A program made the position numbers and the translations under genes. The notes beneath the pieces were generated by a model. The model was not told where the DNA came from, did no database searches, and was given only the letters and a program-made list of their open reading frames with translations. A DNA stretch of 64,000 nucleotides. It comes from Sphaerodactylus townsendi (taxonomy: Eukaryota). Below are positions 51,530 to 64,000 of this stretch, one piece after another; the stretch's first letter is position 1; every line of letters begins with the position of its first letter. The DNA is taken from assembly GCF_021028975.2 (NCBI RefSeq), contig NC_059436.1:3038001-3102000 (forward strand), read 5' to 3'.

Positions 51530-53650
51530 AATATGGGCCTCCCTATTTGGTTCGTTCCTTCTTGCCCAGCAGAGCGCCTTTGGAAGGTCCGTCAAGGGCA
51601 GAAAGGGACCTCAGCGCAATTGCCACCCGTTCCGGGAAGCAAGCGCCCAGCTTGTGGCTCCATCGACGCTTCAGAGGTGCTTGCTCCCAAGCCCCTAACT
51701 TCGGCCGCGACATAAGTGAGGGAGAACCACATGTGGCGAAACCATTACCCCGCCTCAGAGCGGAAAAAAAGCCTTGGCGCTGAAAAGCAAAGCTGACGCC
51801 CAGAAGTATTTGTTTGGCAAAAGCAACCCCTTCCAAGCGTAAAAACGGGCTGGCAGCAGCGGAGGCCCTTATCTCCACACACAGAGCACCAAGCGCCTCT
51901 CTTTCCAGGATCGTCTGGCTTAAGCTTTCTGCAGCCTCACACCACCCTTTAGAGAGCCAAGAGCCGGGAGGAAGTCAGGCAGAGAGCTGCCTTCCTGCTC
52001 TTCCTGCCAGAGAGGCTGGGGCAGGGGAAGAGACTCTATCAATCAAGAGGGAACCAACGACTCGAGCTCAGGACCGAAGCCCAGCAGATCTACAGGCACA
52101 GGCAAAGGGGAGAACAATTTCCCTCAGATCCCTGTTTCTCTCACGCAGAACCGAAAGTTCCTAGGGCCAAAAATGATACCTCCCCCCGGAGCTCCCTTAT
52201 GGAACTCTCTTTGTTAAACGGATGAGAAAAGAGATCTTAGATCACGATAGAGCAAAAAGCGATAAACAAAAGCAGTAGGCAACAAAAGAAGCCGCCAGGA
52301 GAGGGCCATGAAGGATCCACTCATAGAGATAGATACAGACGAACACAACATTCCAGTTCTTCTTCTTCTAGGTCAATCAGCCCTATCCCCTCCTCCTCTA
52401 ATTATAGAGACCCACTCAATATAGACGAGGACAGTAGTGATGGGGAAGGGTTAGAGCCACCAGAGCATTGTATAAAGAGTGAAGGAAACTCACTGCTGAA
52501 CCCTAAAGGATTCATGTAAAAGATTTTTCAAGTCAGGAAGACGGCTTCCTTGCCATTGTTAATAACAAAACCATCTCACTCAAGACTCCAACTTCACGAT
52601 GAGCCAGACGCTGGAGGACCCCTCCGCCCAGCAAGGAGTCCAAAAAAGCCAGTGAAAAGGCATGTGTCTAAAGGAAGGAAAAGGAAATCTTTCCCACATC
52701 TCGAGGAGGACCCCTAGGGGCCTTTCTCTCCTGCCCAGAATACTGGGAAAGGAGGATGAAAAAAGAATGGCTCCATTTTGGATGTCAACAAGAGGCTACC
52801 CATCGCTACTCAAAAACTTTATGTACTCCTTGCATCTCAATGACCATGCCACCACCATACAAAACCCCTCTAGTGGATGCCCCGGTGAGTGGCAGTCCAG
52901 TCAGGAGGAGCCTAGGTCACCAGCACCGGTTGGCAGGGGCACCCCAAAAGACCCCTTTGATAAAAAAGAGGGAGGTTACACTCAGAAGAGGAGGATGCAC
53001 CTAAGCAGCTTAGCTATAATTCTTAGAGGCCTACATCCTCTAGCCAGCAGCCGGCTGAGAGCAGCTATCACTCTTATAGGCCAGGCAGACGAATCCTTGC
53101 CATCATTCCCCCAGAACCTTACATGCAAGGGAATTTTAGGGGAGAGGCATATGGGAGAGAAATTGCCATCCAGCAAAGTAGTCTCTTTTGGGCCTACTCC
53201 AATCTGGACGCCTTCAATCTCTAACTTCCAGAGTCCCTAGCCTTAGGGTGTGAGTGGTAAGGAGACAAGCCTGAAGCTCAAGAAAGGCCTAACTCTAGCG
53301 GATTTGCACTCAAAATAAATCGAGTCTCCACTCCACTGACTATCATGGATCCAGAGCTCTTACGGCCAGGGATCTAAGATGCCCTCCTGGTTGAGACCAA
53401 GAGGGAAATAGAAAGTTCATGCCAAAATATGTCCAGAGGCAGACCCAGGGGACCCCTCATAAGTCCTACACCACATTTAGGTCACAGGAAGAGCACTCTA
53501 ACGCCAAGACACCCAGGGATACCGGCGATGGTCTAACTTAGCCTTATACCTTCTGCGCCAGGCGCCCCAACCTCAACAACCATAACAACAGCAGCATGAA
53601 TAACAACCAGTCCTCCTTTCAGTACTTCCAACTTCCAGACCAGAGTAGGG
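51530..53650 (+). pseudogene. DIRS gag-like ORF1 region (frameshifted)
   Basis: Position between left ITR and RT; purine-rich fragmentary ORFs. Assignment is positional. Confidence 0.55.
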
Positions 53651-53899
53651 GAGCCAAATCCGCTTCCAACCTGACCGCTTCTTAACCGATCTTTGACAAA
53701 GCCAAGCTCCCCGGTCGGCTCGAGCTGCCAAAGATTCCAATCAAGCCCAGCTGGCTGGGCTCCCCAATGTCGACTCTTATATGGACCCAAGAATTGGTGG
53801 TCAACACCGCTATCCTAATAGAATTCTTTCAGAATTCCTAAACCCAGATTTCAAGCCTTCCCCGACCTTTGCAGGAAATCACCTCAAAAGTGCTCAAAA

Positions 53900-55280
53900 A
53901 GGAATGGGACTCAACAGGCAATCCAACACACCTCCTTCAGATCCAAGCCATCTGAGCCGGGTAACACTAGGTCGAACACTTTTATGAGTCTACTCCCACT
54001 TCTTTACTGTCCCAAAAGAAGCGGGAGGAAGCGAGGCCATCCTAAACCTGGAGGTACATCAACAGGGCTATCCGGGCCTACGCCGGCTTCAAAATGGAAA
54101 CTCATCAGGTCCATGTGTGGAAAACCTCAGACCGGAGATCACTCTGACATCACTCTCGATCTCACCGAGGCCCATTATCTGCGTGCGTCTATCAAGCCCC
54201 CTCGACACGCTGCTTCCTGAGGTTCGCGAGTAGAGGGGATCAACATTTCCAACGTACCGGGCTCTTCCCTTTGGACTGCGCCACCTCCCCAAGAGTTTTC
54301 ACAAAGGTCCTTCCTCGGGCATCTATCACTGCCCTAAGGGAACAAGGGCATCCCACGTCCACTCCCTACCTGTGGACTGACATCCTCATTCAGCTCAACC
54401 TCCCTTGCTAGGAACGGGCGCCGGGTGGGGCGGACTGGACCCGCGGATTGAGTAAGGTATTAGTCCTCGCACGGCTTCTTGATCAACTTGCAAAAAAAGT
54501 GTTCAGCTGACCCCAAAGACACGAGATGGAGCCACCTGGGAGCCACGACGTAATAACCAGTGCCAGCGGCTCTCTTCATTCCAATAATCTCAAAGGCTCT
54601 CAAAAATTCAAAAGACTAAAGCCGTACATCATTCATCAAGGTTGTGAGCAGCCTTGCTGCAACTAGCAAAGCTGATGGGACTATTCATCTCCATCATAGA
54701 TATGCTCCAATGGGCACGCTTCCATGCACGGACACTTCAGAGATTCCTGAGACCGCATTCAGTGGGGACATCATGCAGAAGAAAGAGAAAACAGTACTCC
54801 TCTCGACTCAACTCAAACACAGCCTCATCTGGTGGTCCCAGCTCAAGAACTTATCCACAGGAAAGGTGTATCTTCAAGACAACAAAATCCAGATATTCAC
54901 AGATGCCAGCCTTCGGGGATGGGGAGCCTCCCTCAAAGACCAGAGTAGCCCAAGGCCCATGGATGCCAAGCCACTGCTTACCTTCTTCCCATCAATCTCT
55001 CACCTGGAGATGGTGGCCCATTAGATCTTGCACTTCAACACTTCCAACACCACGTGCCCACGGTCAGCACGCGTCCTGAGTCAGGACAGACAACGGTGGC
55101 AGCCCAAGGCTCACCTCAACAATCAAAGGGGATCGAGAGGTCCGCCCAGCTACATCGGTGGTGAATCTGTCAACGCGCAACATTCCTGACCTGGGCAGAG
55201 GAGCACACCTCAGATCGGCTCTCAGCAGAACATATCAGCTGGGCACCCTCAATGTAAGGCAGAGCCGACTGGCTGAGTTC
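53900..55280 (+). pseudogene. DIRS reverse transcriptase-RNase H (frameshifted)
   Basis: Motifs across frames: LF.VPK, FKMET, LDLTEAHY (~54155), RALPFGL/PRVFTKV (54258-54309), YLDDILI-like (~54367), HGFLINL, IQIFTDASLRGWGA (~54890), RTDN. Confidence 0.88.
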
Positions 55281-55299
55281 GCCAAAACCATCTCGAAGC

Positions 55300-55740
55300 T
55301 TGAATGCTGAAACTACATCCCTCAATCATTCCGACAAATTGCCAGCAATTCCGGGGCGCTAGGTAGATCTGTTCAAGCATCTCCCACCAAAATCACCAGC
55401 TAACCGACATTCCTGACCAGATACCACCATCCCAGCAGCAGCCACGACGCTCTGGACACCTCATACCTCCTCCTCCGGCCTGATGTGGCTGCCTTCCCAC
55501 CCGGTACACCCGTCCTCCCCAAGCTCCTGAGAAAGATCTGGAAGGTAGAGGGCAGTGAGGTCATACTGCGGCCCCATGAGTGGGCTAAGAAGACCATGGT
55601 TTTCGGCCCATTCTACAGCTGTCTGCTCGCCTCCTCTCCGTCTCCAAACGCCTCGCCTCCAGACATGCTATCACAAGGGCCAATCCTCCATCAGAACCCA
55701 GAATGGTTCTTGCCTCACCGCGCATGGCACTTGAACGCTG
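55300..55740 (+). pseudogene. DIRS methyltransferase-like domain (frameshifted)
   Basis: AFPP...LPKLLRKI...VIL..W segment between RNase H and YR, the position typical for DIRS1 elements. Confidence 0.6.
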
Positions 55741-56880
55741 CCCCAGAGAGGAAGGGATTACTCCCAGAAGGTGATTAACACCATCATGCGCACAAGATAT
55801 CACGTCCATCCACTCTCAAGATCTCACTTACTCTTCCGCCATTGGAGATCCTTCACCAAGTTGGGCGAAGTGAAAAGAACCACACCGCGATCCTATTAGC
55901 CCCCAGGTCTCCCAAGAAGTCCTAGCGCCTTGCCTAAAGAGGGAGCCGATAAAGGCCTCAGAAGCCGCCACTCTCAAAAGACAGAGATAGCACGCCCTTT
56001 CCACGGCTCCTGGATCACGTTTCCAAGGTGTCACTGCCTCTCGACGCCCAGATAACTTCAAATTCCTAAAGGGAGGCGCGCCAGACCCAACCTCCGGTAA
56101 TCCATCGCTTCCCCTCGTGGAAACTAAAACACAGTCGCTCAACGCATTAACAAACACCCATTCGAACCCATTCAGACTGTACTCCCCTTGGGAGGTGGCT
56201 CAGGATGAAACTCGCTTTCCTAATAGCCATCTATCCTCAGCCAAAGAAGGGTCCTCACCGGAACTCCGGGCTGCTGTCTATAAACTCTCAACTCTGCATT
56301 TTTCCACAAAAAACAAAGGTGAATTTACTGCTTGCGCCAGACCTCTACCTTCCTCCCAAAGTGGGGATCCTCTTTTTTCACCTTTAGACAAGAAATTACG
56401 CGGCTTCCGGCCATTCTTCCCCTAAACCAAAACACCCAAAGGAGATCCTTCTGGCACACCTCCTAGTAGACGCCGTCAAGAAGAGCTCTCAAGGCATACA
56501 TCATACCATTGTGAAGGGACATCATCAGAAAGACCGAGTCCTTATTCATCAACGCCTCAGCTCCCCACCCGAGACCCCAGATGTCCAGAGCTGCTATCAG
56601 CTCAAAATATCATCAGAACCTGCATCACCGAAGCTTCGCAAATCGCCCAACATTCCGGTCCCCCCCCCAGGAATTACTGGCACACTTCCACCAGAAGCTG
56701 CCGCAACAAGCGCCCGGCGTTCAGACGCGTCAAATCCCGCACTAGAGGACACATCTGCAAAGCAGCTACATGGTCCTCCTCGCAGCAACGCTTTCATTCG
56801 TCCAAACACTATAGAGATTGCCAACCAAGGCCGACAACTTATTAATGCCTCGGACACCAGAGTGGTATTCAGAACACATA
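55740..56880 (+). pseudogene. DIRS tyrosine recombinase (frameshifted)
   Basis: KLAFLIAI..S..R..EL (56205-56285), AHSTR-like (~56680), AATWSS (56762), F..HYR-like (~56800). Confidence 0.82.
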
Positions 56881-56933
56881 TTCGGTGGAATGATCCCACC
56901 CACGTTAGGGGACACTGCTCCTGGGAGGTCCTG

Positions 56934-57035
56934 CAATCCAGGATGCCCGAGCCTCGCCTCCAGGAGAGCGGTCCATTAGATGAACTTACCCTGAAGGGGC
57001 CTTCTCTCTGATCGCGCTTACTCTAGGGCATCCTG
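56934..57035 (+). repeat. DIRS internal complementary region (ICR)
   Basis: ggatgcccgagcctcgcctccaggag complements the left end; agcggtccatt...cttaccctgaaggggccttctc complements the right extension. Confidence 0.9.
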
Positions 57036-57241
57036 GCCACTCCCAAAAAATTCACTCCCAACAGTACTAAAGAACAATGAGCTCCGCAAACCACACACTT
57101 GTCTATTAGTCAACAGTTGGGAGCATGACATGTTTTTTTTAGGCTTGTTGCCTCAGTTATCAGACGTTATATGTTGTTACTTCCTAATGTTTCCTTTTCA
57201 TAAATGTTTGAGATCTTACACTATACTACTCCGTTACTCCA

Positions 57242-57402
57242 AATACTGGATCCTGGAAGGGTGATTAAGCCCTCCTCAGGAAGTGACAACAAAAAATAGG
57301 TCCTGCCTCCCTGAGTATGAGCTAGGAATCACCCAATCAGGATGCCCTCGTCGCCGTCCAGGAGAAGGCCCCTTCAGGGTAAGTCTACCAATGGACCGCT
57401 TC
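57242..57402 (+). repeat. DIRS right ITR plus 3' extension
   Basis: aatactggatcctgg...ccaggagaa, then ggccccttcagggtaag...ggaccgct, which is complementary to the ICR. Confidence 0.92.
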
Positions 57403-58677
57403 CTCCTACCTTCCCATGACTAGGAATGTGGTATAATTTGAATGGATAGGCTTTCCATGTGGCCGCTCTTAAATTTCAAGATTATCTGTTCCCTTAAGGT
57501 TAAAAAGCTTTGCTGTCCCAAAACACTCTTTCATTGAAGAATCTGCTGCTGTCCAAGAACAGGTCGAAAGTTTATCGTAGTTCAGTTTTATCAGAGTGTG
57601 TCATCGTGATTACATTAGTCATCATTGCTTGGGATTGCTTTTTGGTTAAAGCTCCTACTGTCCCTTCTTTCCTTTCAAAATTGCTCTGTTAAATGCTTTG
57701 CATTGAAGCTTGCTCAACAATGGCCTTATTGTTGCTTCTCCTGCCAACAGTGTTGTCTTCCCAAAGCTGCTTTCAGCCATTCATACATTGCCATTTATGG
57801 CATTCTGGACTTTTCTTAATACTTTGCTCCTCCTGTCAAGGCAGCTTCATTCCTTTTGCACAAAAATGCTTTGGTGCTGAGAGTTTGCCAAATTAAATTT
57901 TACAATTTTTTTTCTTTCTATGTCCCAAGTGGGTTGCATTTCTTAGGACTTTTTCCCAGCTGTCTATGCAAAAATACTTGAGGCTTGAACATGACTTGGT
58001 CAGAAATTCTTAGGAGCTGCATCTGTTATATTTTGCTTCTGCTGAACATGTGCAGAAAGCGTTAATAGTCTTTTAATGTTGTAAAGCAGGGCTGGGCAAC
58101 AATTTTTTTAATAGTTTCCCTGTTTCATGTCAAAATTCTGGGCAAAAGATCAACAAAGAATAAGACCCATTTACATAACTGCAAATATGCATCTTAACAT
58201 TACTAACGGTTGAGAAGTTGAGTCATAATCCATAAAGATTCTGCAGTCCAAACACTGGTGGTCAAGCGTCTTTCATTAGGAAGCAGCACGCACACAGTCT
58301 TATAATAAATAATATAGATAGGATTACAGTGTGTGATTGTTCTAGTGCACTGGCATAAATCTGTGTGTGGTTTGTACTTGGATTACTGGCAGCTGTTCAC
58401 CTCTTTTTTTCCCCTTGCTGTAAAGCATCTCTGAGAAGCCGTTTAGTCCCATAGACGTCTTTGTCATATATAGTGGTTTTTAGCAAACCCTGTTAGTCCC
58501 CTGATGTATCATAAGACATTATTTTTCTGTTTTAAAGAGCCATAGGTTTATGAGCCTGGGTTGGGGTGTCTGAATATTTCAGGGATCCTGGGTATCAGAG
58601 ATGCCTGATGCTGAAAATTTAACAAAAAAAACCCAGTAGGTTGATGAAGACCAATATGTTCATGGCAACCCTACTTT

Positions 58678-58968
58678 GAGAGCCACCATGATATAGTGGT
58701 TAAGAGCTGGTGATCTCTAATCCAGAGAACTGGCTTGATTCCCCACTTGTCCACATAAGCAGCAGATTCTTATCTGATGAACCATGTTTGTTTCTCCACT
58801 CCTACATTCCTGCTGGGTGGCCTTGGGCTAGTCACAGTTCTTTGGAAGTCTCTCAGCCCCACCTACCTCCCAAGGTGCCTGTTGTGGGGAGAGGAAGGGA
58901 AAACAGCTTGTAAGCCCCTTTGAGTCTCCTTACAGGAATGGAAGGGGGGCATAAATCCAAACTCTTCT
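58678..58968 (+). mobile_element. tRNA-derived SINE (Squam3-like)
   Basis: Same family, plus orientation. Confidence 0.8.
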
Positions 58969-61796
58969 AGTTGCACAATTTAGAGGCTACCCTGCATGTT
59001 TGGGAGAACTTCTGTTCCCAGTGAGTAGGAATTTAAGGTTGAAGATTTCTTCTGCTTCCTAGTCAGCACCATCTGAAGCAAAGGACAGTCACCAAAAGTG
59101 TGCTGGGCTGGCAATCCTTCAAACTACCAAGTCCCATTGATGCTATAACTTTTTATCACTTCTGTATTTTGGAGAAACAGATTTTCTGAGACCTGTAAAT
59201 TTTTTGATGTCTGTCTGTTTGGTTCAGAAAATTCTGGTCCTATTGGGGATTGTTAATTGTGTCTGTATGGGACTTTATGGAGATCTGAACTACAGAACAA
59301 ATCTATTTTTATAGCATGGAGTCACAAGTTTATAATGTTGGAGGAACTGAATTATATAATGAGATCCATTTTCTATCATAGTGCTTTTGCTGAAGTATAA
59401 TTTTTTCACTTGCTTGAAATGGTTCAGTAAGACAGTGACAGAGAGCCAAATTTAGACAGGCCGGTTCAACTTGCTGGTCAATCTGGCTATTCAAATAGTC
59501 CATGAAACTGAGACTGCTACTTTGTAGTAAGGGTCATAAGCTTTTCTTTAATGAGAGGTACTTGGATGAAAAATAATCTGAGGCACCCCCCCACCTCCTA
59601 ACATAATAAAGTTCTGTCCTAGCAACAGAACATAGCATCATTTCTAGTGTTCTTCCTAGCCTGTCAGCATTGCAGGATGAAGAAAAATCCCCCTGGTTTT
59701 GAAAATCCCCCTGTTATCTTTATAAAACAAAACAAAATATTTATGGTGACGTTTGTTAAAGAGGCGTAAGTGAGATCCACTTGCCATCTAACCCTGCAGC
59801 AAGCAAAACAGCCTAGTAAAGCTTCTCATTTTTATCACCTGCTATAATTGCAGGCTTTTAAAAAATGTAGCATATTACTCTACTTTTTTCTGCTTAATTT
59901 CTTTTTGAAACTGTAGATGAACCTTGCACTAGAACAAAAGCCAGAGGCAAAAATCAAACCATTTGTTTTCTGGAAACCTTATTTAACATTATATATTAAC
60001 AGGCATGTTCCTGTGTCTGCAGAAATGCCTGTTGTGCTGGTGCAAGGGGCAAATGCACCGATGGAGGAGGTGCTTACCTGCAGAGCTGTGCCGCACAGTT
60101 CTGCAGTGCTTGACTCAGCAGAGGCATCCATTGCCCAGTCCTGCCAGTGCAAAACAGTGCCAGCTTGGCCAGGGGTATTCCAGGGATGACCTGGGGGGTA
60201 GGACCGACCGTAGTCGGCCTCCAGACCCCCCATCAGGTCCTTTGCACCTGCAGAGCCACTGGCTGAGATACACCATGATTTTCATGGCTGATCTCTATTC
60301 TGCACTACGGGTGAGTATAAGGTGAGTTCTGTGGGGTTTTTTTTTTAACTGTTTGGGCTCCCCGCACCTCAGGAAAGCCCTTTGGAGCTGAAGCTGCACC
60401 ATCCCTTCCCACCTGCCAGCTCTGGATGAGGCTGTAAATAAAAATTATTCTTAAAAGATAGTTTTACTGTTTTACAGTAGCCAGCAAACTTGCTTTTAAT
60501 CAGCAAATTTGAAAGTGCTGTGAATGATGAACTGTCCTTTTATGGTAATAGCATGCTTTTAAAAATACTTTACCAACTTTTGACAGCGTAATTGTAAGCA
60601 CTCCTGTAGCCCATCCTAGACCTTGATCCCGCTGGTGCGCTGTGGGATGTGCTTCTTAGCCTTGTAATTCAGAGGTCTTTCCACATAATGCCTGTGTTTA
60701 TATTTAGAAATAGAGCACTCCGAATAATATGTAATCAAAACAGTAATTATAAGCCAAAAGTAGGAACAGTTGTTCAGGCTGCGCGAGGCTAAAAAGGATG
60801 TTGCTTCCTTGAAAGACAAAGATAATCAAGGCTTTCTGCTTGCATCTGGGTACTGGATTTTGTGAATGATCAACATGTGCACCTTCCACTCAACTCAACG
60901 GAACATCTGAGTAATAGTGCTTCTGGGTCACACTGTAGGTTGCATTCCTTGCAGGGTTGCTTGACTTTTTAAAACCTGGCATCACTACCTCCAGATTTTC
61001 CCAGGTCTCAGCTGGCATGGAGAGGAGGGGGGGGGGGGAGAGGATAACTTCAGTTTTGTGAGGACCACCTTCTCTCTTTACATCCTTTCTTTCAGGTGTT
61101 CTGCACCCAGTTTGAGAATCACAGAGTAGAACTGCCTAGCTCTGCTTCTCTGTCTAGTTTGGTATTGTCTCCTGGCTGGTGAGTTTTCCAAGGACTCTGG
61201 CACTGAGAGATTGGCCCTGATTGAAGACAGCTGGATAGTTTTGGGGCCAGGGACCACCAGTAAGTTGGTATTTGCAATGCAAAATGTCCTTTGGGGGATG
61301 TATTCCTCTCCAATGAGGTAGAGGAAAGTCAGGATCTATTCTCACAGTACCTATTACAGTTTTGTGAGACCTGTGGTTGCAGAGAACAATGGTATTCCAG
61401 ACTAGCTGGCCTCCTTTTCTGTACCCCATCCCCTGTTTTTGTTTCCTTATGTTGTTCTATGTTTAAAGTTAATTCATTTCCCCCCTCCCCCTTGACTGAA
61501 TAATAGTAGAAATGAAGGTGCCAAAACTTTTTAGGGAACCTGTTTTTAAGATGTGTTTTACTTGATGTATACCACCCTAAGCCAGTCCAGTGGAGAAGTG
61601 TAGCCTATAAGTTTAATAAAAAATAAATAAGGATCTTCAGCAGACTGTAGGAAACATCACCTTTGGCTATGTAAAAGGCATATGTTAAGACATAGCTGTA
61701 CCCATCATTCGATGATGCTTGGAGAGATGTGGCATAAATATTTTAATCCAGTATAAATTTGTTTTGCATTTGTTGTGATGGTTTCTGATGCCTAAG

Positions 61797-62133
61797 AGAA
61801 GGAGAAGAAGAGGAGGAGGAGTTTGGAGTTATATCTCACCTTTCTCTCCTGTAAGGAGACTCAAGGTGGCTTACAAGCTCCTTTCCCTTCCTCTCCTCAC
61901 ACCAGACACCTTGTAATGTAGGTGGGACTGAGTCTGATCCAGCTGGCTTGTTCTTATGTTCTTATGAGGGAGTTCCAAAGAACTGTAACTAGCCCAAGTT
62001 CACCCAGCAGGAAGGTAGAAGTGCAGAAACACATCTGGTTTACCAGATAAGCCTCTGCCACTCAGGTGGAGGAGTGCGGGATCAAACCCAGTTCTCCAGT
62101 TTAGAATCCACCTGCTCTTAACCACTACACCAA
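61797..62133 (-). mobile_element. tRNA-derived SINE (Squam3-like) with a small insertion
   Basis: Same family; ~35 nt foreign insert at ~61933-61968. Confidence 0.8.
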
Positions 62134-64000
62134 GCTGCGTAGTAGTCTCCATTCTTGTTGAGACTGTGGGCACTCTTGGATTCTGAGGACAGATTATGTA
62201 GCACCATCACAAAATGACTGCCATGGAGGCTGGGACCAGTTACAAATATTGGCTGTTTCCAAGCCAAGCACTCTCTTGTGTTTGAGGTGACTGTTTCCAA
62301 TGAGGTGATTGTTTCCAATGCAGCAATACTCATTTGGCTGTGGTTTTTTTTTTTTTTTTGGTGATCTGCTCCTTGCAATCTGCTAATATTTGTCTAGATG
62401 TTTTTACCCCATGTTTCCAAACCCATCTTCTTACCCATAAATTAAAACCAGCATCACTCCCTTCCAATTGTTTGGGTTCATATCCCTGGTTCACACAATG
62501 TACCATTGATTATCTACTGCATAGGTTGGCTTTACAATTTAATGATGATATTTGCACGCCTGTGTAAGCGTATTAACATTACAATCGTATTCTTGGTCTG
62601 ATGCCATTGAATCCATGCAAAACAATGAACTAGAAAATCCATACATGATTTCTGCTGTGGCATTTTTTTCTAGTACAAGAATTATTCTTAAGCTGCAGCC
62701 AACTTTAATAAGGGCCTCTAATAATCCTGTTAGAGCTGCTGGGTTGTGGAATATATTACCACAATAGCCATAGTCCGTAGACATGAAAAATGGAGATTAA
62801 CTTAGATCTTTACTTTTAAACATGAAATAAATATAACATCAAAGCTTATGTGGCAAGTAGGCTTGATCAATACCCTAGAAATTTGGTAAAGTTTGGATTC
62901 AGATTTATTCGGGCCTAAAATTATCTGTATGCCCGAATAAGACAAATAACATAAATTTGGATATACCCGAAAAATTGGAGTCTGTCTGATTTTTAAAATA
63001 TTTTTGGTGTTTTTTTTTTTTTTGCATTTTGGTAGCCCCCATCTCCTGTTAACTCCCATTGGAAACAATGGGGGATGGGGCACCCAATTTGGGGGTCCAT
63101 AACTTTGGCCCCCCTTAACCAAACTTCACCAAACTCAGGTGGTATCATCAGGACAGTCTCCAGATGATATCCCGAAATTATGGTGCTGCTAGCTTTAAAA
63201 ATGTGCCCCTCTGCAGGCTGAAATGTGAAAAATACCAAAAAAGCCCAAATGCCTTGCATTCGGATTCACAAATATTCGGGCAGGACATATTCAACCAATT
63301 TAGTCCCGAATTTGCCGAGATTTGCCCGGTATTTGTTGCACCCAAATCTCCAAGCCTAATGGCAAGCCATCTGAGTAAAGGATAGATAGGACCTTTCTTT
63401 CAACAATGTTTGAGTTATATGAGAGTGAACCTGCTGCAGGAATGCAAATAGAGATTGATGTTAGCTCGTGCCAGTACCAAAAACACTGATTGTCCCCTCT
63501 TCCCCAGAGACATTTGCAGAGACCATTTCCCTGCTCTACAGGCTGATCTCCTTCTATTGTCAGTTAAAGAAAATCTCAATTACTCTGTTCAAAGGCCAGT
63601 CAGGGTAGGAAGTATAGAACTGTACTGTGTCTCACAAAAAGATGTTAGTAGACTGGATATTCCTCCACCACAGACCTCAACATGCCAGATCTTATTTGTT
63701 GTAGAATTCTCCACTTGGGTTCTAGTGCCTACCTAGCCTGCTTCCCCCCATCTGTTTGAAAGTTTGATGGTATCAAAGGACCATGTTCAGTAATGCTAAA
63801 AATAATGGTTTTGACAAAGCCAGTGCATAAAAATGAACAATAATTCACATATTCGTTTAGGACTATATTCTAATGTGGAAGCATACAATTTTCTCAACTG
63901 CTGCACTTCAAACAGAGTATATATAGTTATGGCTGAGGACTTTGTATATGCTCTTCAAAGTTCACTCACCACCAGACACCCCATCCCCTCCATTTTTAAG

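Larger units (their letters stand above)
51196..57402 (+). mobile_element. Full-length DIRS1-like tyrosine-recombinase retrotransposon
   Basis: Inverted terminal repeats 51196-51321 / 57242-57366, 3' extension 57367-57400, internal complementary region ~56934-57035, TTC trinucleotide at both ends, and RT/RNaseH/MTase/YR motifs. Confidence 0.93.

Noticed and set aside
1-64000. Prokaryotic systems (CRISPR arrays, operons, defence islands)
   Set aside because: The window is intron- and repeat-rich vertebrate DNA; no regularly spaced repeat-spacer array or dense ORFs were seen

Overview
Vertebrate genomic DNA, most likely a squamate and probably a gecko, judged from the repeat content (Sauria SINE, Squam3-like SINE, CR1, L2, BovB, SPIN MITEs, Penelope-like elements). 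The only host gene is the 5' end of PPP2R2A (PP2A regulatory subunit B55-alpha) on the + strand. It has a CpG-island promoter (~22.4-23.0 kb), coding exon 1 (ATGGCAG, 22804-22810) and exon 2 (25673-25750), followed by a very long intron 2; exon 3 (ADIIST...) was not seen in the window. Two further phase-1 first-exon candidates would swap the B55-alpha N-terminus. One is at 24804-24840 (MLLRFSLRSVFY, resembling the human alternative N-terminus). The other lies deep in intron 2 at 48385-48481, with its own promoter-like motif cluster. Intron 2 also holds a structurally complete ~6.2 kb DIRS1-type tyrosine-recombinase retrotransposon (ITRs, ICR, gag/RT/RNaseH/MTase/YR) whose ORFs are frameshifted. 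Upstream are an ~860 bp fold-back palindrome, Penelope-derived hammerhead ribozyme motifs, nested transposon stacks and a strong CTCF motif. Most ORFs in the supplied track are chance or repeat-derived.
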